A stretch of 64,000 nt of DNA from Chrysomallon squamiferum (Eukaryota > Animalia > Mollusca), in the NCBI GenBank assembly GCA_012295275.1, contig CM022676.1:5270001-5334000 (forward strand), read 5' to 3'. Positions 1 through 12,516 of this stretch are shown here, one piece after another. The position numbers and the translations under genes were made by a program. The notes below the pieces were generated by a model. It ran no database searches. It had not been told where the DNA came from and worked only from the letters and a program-made list of their open reading frames with translations. Numbering within the stretch: the stretch's first letter is position 1; every line of letters begins with the position of its first letter.

Positions 1-588
1 TACGAGATAAAAGTATTTAAAAAAATTTCATGTAGAGAGACGCTTAGAATAAGAAAATTATTATAGGCATATAGTTATATTTTTTCTAATAAAATTAGTT
101 TGATATTTAGGATAGTGGGATAAGAACAATTTTATTTTTAAAACTACAGGATACAAAGAATTTTATTCTGCACTGCGAGGCATTATGGTCAAGAGCATTA
201 TGAGAGCTAGAAATTTTATTTTCAAATAATGTAATTAATTACACAATTAGAAGAAGACAGTTATGGGATACATCTGTTTTATTTTCTCAAAGAAAATGAC
301 AAATGTATCAGATTTTCTTTTAATAGCCAGTAAAATTAATGAATAAAGGTAGTATATATATATTTTTTTTTTTTATTTTTTTTTTAGAGTAACTCTTGAG
401 TAACATTTTTAATTATTGTTATTTTCTCAGATTGCCAGGAAATAATTTTAAAAATTTCATTTTGTTTTAATTTATTATTATTAATTTTTTTATTCATATA
501 TTATTTTTTGGTTATTTCCAGGAAATAATTTTTAAATTGTTATCTATTTCTTTTTTTAGTTTATTACTTGTTTTGTTATTTTTTAAAG

Positions 589-3500
589 CTGTTTGAAACT
601 CAAAGAGTTCGACATGGTATGATGGTTCTGGGACCCAGTGGTACAGGCAAAACTTGCTGTATTCACATTCTCATGAAAGCAATGACTGAAACTGCAGCTC
701 CACATCGGGAAATGAGAATGAATCCAAAAGCTATCACAGCACCTCAGATGTTTGGTCGACTTGATGTTGCCACCAATGACTGGACAGATGGAATTTTCTC
801 CACTCTGTGGAGGCGAACTCTGAAAGCCAAAAAAGGTCATACATTTTAATTTTTTTATTTTAGCTGAATGTTTTGTTGTATTTGAATTTTGAGTAGAAAT
901 GTTTTTATGTTATAGCCAGACAGAACAATATTACATTACAAACTATATTTTTCCAAAAAAAATCTTTTATACTAAATGAATAATAAATCTTTTTCTGCTA
1001 TATGTACATTTCCATGTTGTTCTTGTTATTGTTTTTATTATTATGTAAAGTTTCAAGAAAAAAACAAATAATAATAATAATAGCAACAATAAAAAATCTT
1101 CTAAACTAAATGAATAATAAATCTTTTTCTGCTGTATGTACATTTCCATGTTGTTGTTATTACTGTTTTTATTATTCTGAAGAAAAAACAAATAATAATA
1201 ATAATAATCGGAACAATAATAATAAGAAGAAGAAAATAAAATTATATAGATCTGTCATTACTATAGCAATTACTTGGACAATAAATTCTTTAAAAAAAAA
1301 AGAATTCTTGGATATATAATATTGAGATACCAAATTGTATTTACTGTAAATGTAACAACAATGATATTGCGTAAAATACGTTATTTACAAATCATCAGAT
1401 ACAAAATCCACTTCAACTTAAGCATAAAATTTTTCAAATTTTCTAATTATGAAATATTTTATTTAATTTATCACAAACAGTTCGGTTCATTTTGTATTTC
1501 AATCTGTTATTTTCTAACAGGTGAACACATTTGGCTGGTTCTCGATGGTCCTGTTGATGCTATATGGATTGAGAATCTCAACTCCGTACTGGACGATAAC
1601 AAAACTCTGACACTTGCCAACGGTGACCGAATCCCAATGGCTGCCACCTGCAAGATCCTGTTCGAAGTGCACAACATTGACAATGCCTCGCCAGCCACTG
1701 TGTCCAGAAACGGAATGGTCTATCTAAGCAGTTCCGCTCTCGATTGGAGACCCATTTTACAGGTTTTGAAAGTTTGAATACTGGATTAATTTAGAACCAA
1801 ACTTATGTAGACGTGGTAATGTCTGTAAACTGTTTTCACATGTTTTGACTAAAAAAACAAATAATTTAAATACACTGACTATTAACTAGTATTCATATTT
1901 ATGTGGAATTTTTTTTTTTGGCGGGGAGTGAATATACTTAAAGATTAAAAAATAAATTAAAAATGGATATTGGAGAAAACATTTCATTTAATACTGAACA
2001 TATTAAATGATGATGACTATAAACATTTCATTAAACTGTTATTCCTATAATGACATTAAATTTTGTGCATATAAATATATTAAATTTTCATGCAAAGTGA
2101 CATAAATTTCGATGCTTATAACTAAATATCATTAGATTTTTATGAAGATAATCACATCAAACTTTAATAGATATAAACATATTAAATTTTAATGAATATA
2201 ATAAATAAAAAATAAAATCTGATGAATACAAATACATCATTAAACTTATATACATTTAGGCATTTCTTTAAACTATGATGTATATAAAACAGCATTAAAC
2301 TTTTGTGCATTTAAACACATTATCATAACTTACCATTAAACTTTCATAATAATTAATTTTTCTGCATATATTTTTATTTATGGTTGTTACAGGGTTGGCT
2401 GAAGAAAAGAAATCAAACAGAGGCAATTCTGCTAAATTCACTCTTTGAAAAAATATTTCAAGATGCCTACGACTTTCTTCACATTTCTCTCACACCCAAA
2501 ATGAATATACTACAGTGTAATTACATTCGCCAGGTAATCTATTATGCTTGTTTTTATTCTGTCTTTGATTGGAGATCTGACATGAAGTAATGTGTGAAAT
2601 TACCTAATAGAGAAAAAGAAAATATTATAATTATTTCCCATTTTGTTATTTAAAAAAAAAAAAAAAAAATTGGGTAAATTAATTAATATACATAACCAAA
2701 TTTTTACTCTGAGGTTAAATATCTAACAATTTTTTTATTTAAATGTACTCACATTTTTGGGGTTGACAAAATACTCATTTGTCAGATCATTCAATCATTC
2801 ATTTATTCATCCATCCATCCCTTCATTTGTTTATTCATTACTTGGTTCAAATATCAATTTTTATCTGTCATTATTTTTTAATTAATTCATTTATACATTC
2901 TTTTATTCTTTCATTATTCATCTTTCCATCCATAGTTCATTAAATTATCTATTCATTCAGCCATTATTTCATTTATTTATTTATTCATTCAGTCATTCAT
3001 CAGTCCATTCAGTTATTTATTCATTAATTCATTCATGCATTATTTCATTCCTTCAGTCATTCATACATCTATTCATTAAGTTACTTGTTCATCATCCATC
3101 CATCAGAACATTCATTCATTTATCTGTTTCACCTATCCACCTGTCCTTCCTTCCTTCCTTCCTTCATTCATTCATTCACAGGCCTGTGACCTGCTGGACG
3201 GTTTGATTTCAAGTGATGAGAAAGTCACACAGACTCCACAGCACATTGAGAGACTTTTCATCTTTGCCATCATGTGGAGCTTGGGGTCTTTGCTTGAACT
3301 TGACGAGCGTGAGAAACTGGAAGCGTTCATAAAAGATTCCAGTGCAGAGCTTGATCTTCCACCAATTTCTGAAGGGGAAACAATATTTGAATACATGGTT
3401 TCTGATCAAGGTAATGTATAGACATGTTCTAATGTATAAAGTAATAAAGAAAAATTGCAGATGTTTTGCAGATATGGAAAAATCTAGTTTTTACAGTAAT

Positions 3501-4447
3501 AAAAACAAATTGCAGAATGTTTTACAGTAACAGAAAAAAAAAATCTGGTTTAAGAACAATTAAAAACAAATTTCTGTCATTTTAAACACATTCTGTATGT
3601 TTTACAGTAATAAAACATTATTTTATATGTATTTTTTGTTTTGTTTTAAATTTACCAGTAATTAATTTAAACTTTTTTTTTGTTGTACAGTTTGTTTTAG
3701 TGTGTAAATAAATGTTATTTAGCTGTGTTACTAATTGAGAATTTCTACATGTTTTTTGTTTTTATTATTCAGGAAACTGGGAACATTGGCAAAGCAAGGT
3801 GGAGCCATATATTTACCCTCCTGATAGCATTCCCGAATTTGCCTCAATTTTAGTTCCTAATGTGGACAACGTTCGAACAAATTTCCTAATTGATACCATT
3901 GCTAAACAACACAAGGTAAAGTATAACTAAATAACCTTCATTTCTACTTTTTTTTTTTTTTAATATTTAAAGTTTCTTATCTAAATTAATTTATGTAGTT
4001 TTTATAACTAATCTTTGCTAACAATAAAGTGAACCCCAAAATAGGAAAATTACAGAAAGTTTGTTTCAGTTGTTATGTGGATTGACTGATTATTTGTTTA
4101 TTTATTTATTTATTTAATTATTTATTATTTAATTATTTATTATTTATTAAGGGAGTTCTGCTGATTGGAGAACAGGGTACAGCAAAGACAGTAATGATCA
4201 AAGGCTACATGTCTCATTACAATCCTGATATCCATCTTGGAAAAAGTTTCAACTTTTCTTCTGCTTCTACACCCATGATGTTTCAGGTAAAATGTACAAA
4301 TATTTTACCACTGAGTCCTTGAGTAATGGCAGTGTGGTGTGTATGGTGACAAATGATTCTTATGTTGAGGAGTTCAAAACCCTGGTAGTGCAGGTTGTTA
4401 TAATATGTGTGACCAGCACTAAATATCTTGAGGGGTTAAAATAAAAT

Positions 4448-4511
<64 letters not shown>

Positions 4512-6972
4512 GAAATTCTTCAGCTATCCACAAGCTTAGTGTTAGACTGAGAGACTTTGTTGTTAACAAAGATTTGTTTCTAGATAATATTAAAAAAAAT
4601 AATAATAATTATATTATAATTTTAAAAAAGGTAATTACATTATTTCTGTTTTTATTTATTTAGAGAACAGTTGAGAGTTACGTTGAAAAAAGAATGGGAA
4701 GTACGTATGGACCTCCTGGAGGTAGAAAAATGACTGTTTTTGTAGATGATATCAACATGCCTATTATCAATGAATGGGGTGATCAGGTAATTATGAATTA
4801 AAACAGACTTTTTTTCTTTCTTTTTTAAAGATTTATTTATTCTTTTAGACCTTGTGGATAAAATGTACTTACAGTAAGTCCTTTCCTTAATTATGAAAAA
4901 AATCCACCATTTTGTTTCTGTAAAATAGCACAGTAGAAGTGTAAATATATTATGTTAAACAGAATTGCTGTTTTGTTTTGAATTGCTGATCAAATATTTG
5001 AGTTCTGACTTGGCTTTATTAACTGGCTAATTACAAATATAATAAATATCTATGATAGAAAAGAATTGTACCACTTCAGAACACATATTTCCATTGTTTT
5101 TCATGTTAACTGCTACAAACTAGGAAAGCAGTATTGCCACGGCTAATTGAAAAGTGAGTTTTCAGTGAAAACAATCAACTGTTAGTTACAGAAAATAATG
5201 TTCCGTTGTTTTTGTTATTTTAAAGGTCAGCTGCCAGTTTGATTCAACATATTTGAATATAGTCAAATAAAGTGAAGCTAGAACTCCAAATCTGTTTGTA
5301 ATTAATAAGCAGATTATTTTGTATATAGGCTGACAGTAGTTTTACACAAAACCTTATAAAAAAAACCTTATTTGTTTAGCTGTGTCAATGATTTAGGAAA
5401 TGTTTTTGGAAAACATTTTTTATGGATTTAAGAATTTAGTTTTTAGTGATTTAGAATTTTGGGGGTATTTGTGAATTTCAGACAAGAAAAAGTTAGCCTG
5501 TTTATTTTGTTTTCAGATAACAAATGAGATCACTCGACAGATGATGGAGATGCATGGAATGTACAGTCTGGACAAACCTGGAGACTTTCTCACTGTTCTC
5601 GATGTCCAGTTTCTGGCAGCCATGATTCATCCTGGTGGAGGACGAAATGACATTCCACAACGTCTGAAGCGTCACTTCTGTATCTTCAACTGTACCCTGC
5701 CTTCAAACAACTCCATCGACAGAATCTTCTGTTTGTACTCCATTTTTAAATATGTCATCTTTAATAGTTCTTTATATAGTTACTTATATGTCAGAAATGA
5801 CATTCCACAACGTCTGAAGCGTAACTTCTGTATCTTCAACTGTACCCTGCCTTCAAACAACTCCATCGACAGAATCTTCTGTTTGTACTCCATTTTTAAA
5901 TATGTCATCTTTAATAGTTCTTTATATAGTTACTTATATGTCAGAAATGACATTCCACAACGTCTGAAGTGTAACTTCTGTATCTTCAACTGTACCCTGC
6001 CTTCAAACAACTCCTATGACAAAATCTTCTGTTTGTACTCCATTTTTAAATATGTCATCTTTAATAGTTCTTTATATAGTTACTTATATGTCAGAAATGA
6101 CATTCCACAATGTCTGAAGTGTAACTTCTGTATCTTCAACTGTACCCTGCCTTCAAACAACTCCATCGACAGAATCTTCTGTTTGTACTCCATTTTTAAA
6201 TATGTCATCTTTAATAGTTCTTTATATAGTTACTTATATGTCAGAAATGACATTCCACAATGTCTGAAGTGTAACTTCTGTATCTTCAACTGTACCCTGC
6301 CTTCAAACAACTCCATCGACAGAATCTTCTGTTTGTACTCCATTTTTAAATATGTCATCTTTAACATTACATTACCCTTTTTGCTTATCCGTTGGTTAAT
6401 AAAATAATTTTTCAATTTAGAACCTTTTAATTAATGTAGATTTATAAGTTCTTGCTGTTTTTAGAATCTTTTTTTTTTGTTGTTGATTTTACTCTTTCAC
6501 AGAGTTCTTTCACAAAAACATTTTCAGTATCTTGAAAGTATAAACATTACTTACTTACATATTACTGAATTACTTACTTACACAAATACAGAATTTAATT
6601 TTCAGAATTTCATTACATTTTTGTTTTATATTGTCAGGTGTTATTGGTGAGGGCTATTTCTGTCCTGCCCGTTTCCATGAAGAAGTGTGTGAATGTGTTA
6701 AAATGCTGGTTCCTACAACAAGACGTTTGTGGCAAAAAACTAAAGTATGATTATATTTTGTTTTGTTTTAATTTTTAATTTACTAGATTATTGTTTAAAT
6801 TATATTTATATTTTATTTTATTATAATTTTTCATTTACTAGGTTATTCTTTAAAGTATAGTTATATTTTATTTTATTTTATTTTTCATTTATTAAACTAT
6901 TGTTTAAATTATGTTTATATTTTATTTTATTTAACTTTTCATTTACTAAATTATTGTTTAAATTATGGTTTA

Positions 6973-7029
<57 letters not shown>

Positions 7030-7586
7030 TATTTTACTACTAACACTACTACTGTTGTATTTATTATTATTTTTATCTTGTTTGTTTCAGGTGAAAATGT
7101 TGCCGACACCAGCCAAGTTTCACTATGTATTTAACTTGAGAGATCTGTCACGCATTTGGCAGGGTATGCTCACCATCAAAGGCGAGGAATGCAAAGATCC
7201 AAATATGGTGATGGCTTTGTGGAAACATGAATGCACACGAGTCATTGCTGACAGGTTAAACAAACTATTTCTAATTAGTTAACTTTCTAACATAGAAGTA
7301 GTCATTGCTGAGACGCTAAGAATTTTGTTCTAACAAATTAAATTTCTAATAGCATTAGAAGTAATTGCTGAAAGATTTTTTAAAATGTTCTAATAAATTA
7401 GCTTTTTAACAGTGTCAGAAATTACTGCAGAGAGGTTAAAATTTATTTCTAATTAACTTTTTAACAGTTGAGAGGTCAAGATTTTTGTCTAATAAATTAG
7501 TCACTTATTTCTAAAAATACACTTTTTGAGAGCACTAAAAGTCATTATTGTTTATTTTATTTTATTTTATTTTATTTTATTTTATT

Positions 7587-7657
<71 letters not shown>

Positions 7658-9738
7658 TGTTTGGGGTTTTGAGTAATTTTCCAAAGGTCCTTATACATGA
7701 ATTTCTAAAAAATTATTTTCCTTCCAGTTAGTAACAATAGCTTTATGGAACATCAGCAAAAAATTTTGCATTGATAATATTATAATCATTATCCATCATC
7801 ACCTAATAACTGTTAACAGCAAATACTGGTGAATCATTCATTCACACATTTGCTTGCAGATTTATTAATGAAAAGGACAAACACTGGTTTGAGGTGACAC
7901 TGAAAAACCTGGTGGCCAGTGATTTTGATGAGAACACTGTCACCCAGATGCTTGAGGAGCCTTATTTTGTCGACTTTCTCAGAGATGCACCTGAACCAAC
8001 TGGCGAAGAAGACGAAGATGCCACTTTTGAACCTCCGAAAATTTATGAACTGGTAAGAAAAGATGTATTATTGTTGTTAATACTGTTATTGTTTTTATTG
8101 CTATTACTGTTACTACAATATTATTATTATTATTACTGCTACAAACTATAATGACTATTATTATTATTATTATTATTACTATTATTTATATTATTATTAT
8201 TATCATTATTATTTTTTTGTTTTCATTTATTATTATTATTACTATTATTATAGTATTCCTGTTAGTGTTATTATTGCTATTATTGTTGATTAAATGTGCT
8301 GAAATGCTAAACTGAAATTAATTAATTTTTTTTTTTTTTTGAAATTATGTTTTTAAATTTGTTCTGATGTCTGTATTAACTTTCAGATTCCCAGCTATGA
8401 ATTCCTACTTGATAAACTGCACTCATTTGTTGTGCAGTACAATGAAATCATTCGAGGTGGTAATCTGGATCTGGTCTTCTTTAAGGATGCCTTGGTTCAT
8501 TTAATGAAGGTATTATTCATTTACTTTTTAAAGAGTTAAAAACAAATGTTTTAGAAATACAGTGTTTGTGTGTGTGTGTGTGTGTGTGTGTGAGTGTGTG
8601 TGTTTTTGTTTTTGAATTTATACAAATATTTTCCCATCTATTTATTTGCATGATTGTTTAATTGTATTCTAGCTGTCAAGAATAATTCGAATGCCCCGGG
8701 GTGCCGCCATGCTTGTGGGTGTGGGTGGGTCTGGCAAACAGTCTCTGACACGTCTTACTTCTTTCATTGCTGGATATAAAATATTTCAAATCACACTCAC
8801 CAGGTAAGAAATCTGTGAGAATATATCTTTTCTTGACTGATTTTTTTAGTCTAAATGAACAGGTGATCTAATTCAAATTTCACTTGAACATTTAGAAAAC
8901 AAGATTATAAAGAGTACTCACTAATTTAGACAAACAACCATTCACATTTGTAATAAACATCACCTTATTTGGTAAATGATTAGTTCAAAAAGGAATATAA
9001 AAATAACAGTTACATGTGTATAATATTATATGTTAACTATTCTTTATCCAAAAAAGTGATGTTGTTAACTATAACTAGAACATTTGACATATACAGAATT
9101 AATTAAGTACACTGTTATATAATTATACTTTTAAGCGTTAGAAAAAGTGATATTTTATGAAACCAAAAAAATAAATAAATAAATAAATAGAAGAAGAAAA
9201 TTTAAGAAAAGATAAGTAAATTGGATTTTAGAAGCTTTTCAGATATGGATTGTCTGCCTATAAGAGGATCTCTGTGTGTGTGAGATTGTGTGTGTGTGTG
9301 TGTGTGTGGGTGTTGTGTGTGTGTTTAACAATGAAATGATGTAATTGTTTCATATCTCATTCTGCTTGTAGGAGCTACAATGTGTCCAATCTTCTGGAGG
9401 ACTTAAAGTATCTGTATCGCCAGGCAGGTGGACTTGGTAATGGTATCACTTTCATCTTCACCGACAACGAGATCAAGGATGAGTCCTTCCTTGAGTATCT
9501 AAACAACATGCTCAGTTCAGGAGAGGCATGTTCATTTTTATATATATGTGGATGTCATATAGATATATTGACAAGAAATAGACAAAATTACTTTTAATTA
9601 TTTATAGATAACTCATGATAAAATTTAAACAAACTAAATTGTTAGCAGTTTATCAGGGTTTTTTTCACATATATTTGTGATGCCTTTATTTTTACATTTA
9701 TGATATATATATTTATATGGTTATCTTTCTCTGTGTGC

Positions 9739-9785
<47 letters not shown>

Positions 9786-10209
9786 TTCAGTCACTTATGA
9801 TTTTGTTTGGTTAAATTTATCGTGAGTTATTATTAATAAATAATTAATAGTAATTTAGTCTATTTCTTAGTAGAATAAACTGTCCTGAGACTAAAAAAAA
9901 AAAAACTAATAATAATTTGAAAAATTTAACTTTTTCCCAACCCATTTTCAACTGTAATTGAAATGTGTAATACTTCTGTTCATATCTGTTCTGGGGCTGT
10001 GACATGTTTTAGGAAATATTTTTAAACCTCTGTACCACAGATATCTTTCTGTGAAATCTTTTATTTGGATAACTAAACTTAGTAGTGACCCCTAAAATTT
10101 TACCTACATTTCCATCAAATGATAAATGATAAATTTTGTTTTTTAGCAAATGATAAATGTGTCTTTTGTATTAGAAACTTCATTCTGTTACTTTTTATTA
10201 TTATTGTTA

Positions 10210-10261
<52 letters not shown>

Positions 10262-10867
10262 TACTATTTATATTACTATTATTTTTATTAGTAGTAGTAG
10301 TGGTAGTATTGTCAATATTCTTATTTTTTATATTAATATTATTATTATTTTTATTATTATTGTTATTGTTATTAATATTATTTATTTATTTATTTATTTT
10401 GTTTATTATGAAGCTGGATGTGAAAGAGTTAAAATGTATTTCAGCTCTTTGTTGACATCAGTAAAAATAACATTTTTTTTTTATTTTAGATATCAAACCT
10501 GTTTGCTAGAGATGAGCTTGATGAAATTACTCAGGATCTCATTCCTGTGATGAAGAAAGAATTTCCTCGCAGGCCACCCACACAAGACAATCTCTACGAC
10601 TACTTCTTATCCCGAGCCAGGAACAACCTTCACCTTGTGCTGTGTTTTTCACCCGTATGTCACAGTAACTGTAATTGTTTTCATGTCTAAATACTTTTAG
10701 CTATCATGTGTTCCTGCTGTTTCTTGCCTTTAACACAGATGGAAGAGAAGAGACAAAGAAAAAAAACAGAGAGAAATTTTTTTGAAAAATTAGTGTATTT
10801 TTGGTACTGTTAGGTTGTTTTATATATATATATACATACATGTGAGTTTTTTATACATATACATGTG

Positions 10868-10900
<33 letters not shown>

Positions 10901-12464
10901 ATATATATATATGAATGTATGTTTACACATACACACACACAGACACACACATATATACATACATATAGATATATATATCTATATATATGAATCAAAATAA
11001 AATTATATCATTTCTTAAAGTACTTTGATGCTTACATCTCAGAGAAACATGATGTTACAGATAAGTGATTTTGTTATATATATCTGTTTAAGGTTGGAGT
11101 GAAGTTTCGCACAAGAGCTCTGAAATTTCCAGGACTTATATCTGGATGTACAATGGACTGGTACAGCAAATGGCCCCGAGATGCCCTGGTGGCAGTATCT
11201 GGACATTTTCTAAACGCATTTGAAATGCAGGCATCGTCCAGCATCAAAAAAGAAATTGTCAACACCATGGGTATTATTCACGACAATGTGTCACATATTT
11301 GTGTAGAATATTTTGACAGGTAAATATGAGATTTTAATTATTAGCAATAATAGAAAAGATAAATATTCCTATTTTTTTTTTCTAATTTAATTTAAAAAAA
11401 AAAAAATTTCACCTTATCACTTAATGCAGAGAACCGGGAAAAAAAAAGGAAAGACAAATAAAAGAAGAAGAGTAAATGACAACCAAAAAAATCACTGACA
11501 AACAGTTCTAAATATATGTCAAAGTTTTTAAACTTTCTTTGTGGTTTTGTTCTTCTATTTTACCTATTATGATTTAATGCAGAAAAATTTATATAATAAT
11601 AATAAAAAGAATAATATCAATAAATAAAAAAAAAAATTAAAATATAAAAATCTAAAACAAACAGCCATCAATATATAAAGAAGTTTTTGCCTTTTCTTGA
11701 ATGACTCATAATAAAAGAGAAATTCTCCAACTATCCACAAAGCAATCTATTATATCAAGATCCTTTATTGCTAACAAATCTTTGTTCCTATTAAAAAATA
11801 ATAATGATTATGCTAAAGTATTTGAACTAATTCTTACTAACAGTCATGTATTTTGTACATAATATATACCTGTTAGAAAAAGTTTAGCTGAAACATTATT
11901 AATCACCATGACAAAATGCAGATCTCATATGTTTAAGACTACTGAAACAGAAATTTATTTCTTTATTTTTTATTTTTTTTTATTTCCAAGGTTCCGTCGT
12001 CAAACTCACGTAACACCAAAATCATATCTTTCATTCTTAAATGGCTATAAAATGGTCTACAAAGAAAAACTGAAGGAGATTGGGGAACTGGTTATCAGAA
12101 TGAACACTGGACTTGGTAAGCTCAATGAAGCAACACAGTCAGTTGATCTTCTCAGTAAGGAACTGGTACTAAAGGAGAAAGAGCTGGATATAGCAAATGA
12201 AAGAGCAGACGAGGCAAGTACTTAGTTCTGTATACTGAAGTAAAAACAGTAGTAATAATAGTATTCAACATAATAACAGTAATAATAATAAGAAGAAGAA
12301 TAGCAATAATAATAACAACAATAATAAAAGCAATACTAATAATTATATTGATAAGAAAAATGATAATATAATAATAGCAACAACAACAATAATAATAAAA
12401 ATGATAATAACAACAACAGTAACAATAACAATAATAATAGCAATAACAATAATAATAACAATAG

Positions 12465-12516
<52 letters not shown>

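Noticed and set aside
5541-6407. 288-aa ORF as a separate repeat-protein gene
   Set aside because: It is dynein exon 5517-5730 read through into the 150-bp intronic repeat.
10119-10550. Poly-Ile/Leu/Tyr ORFs here and at 12336, 35971, 46574, 57247-57695, 58233 and 63229-63651
   Set aside because: Translations of (ATT)n/(AAT)n/(ATC)n microsatellites with no coding signature.
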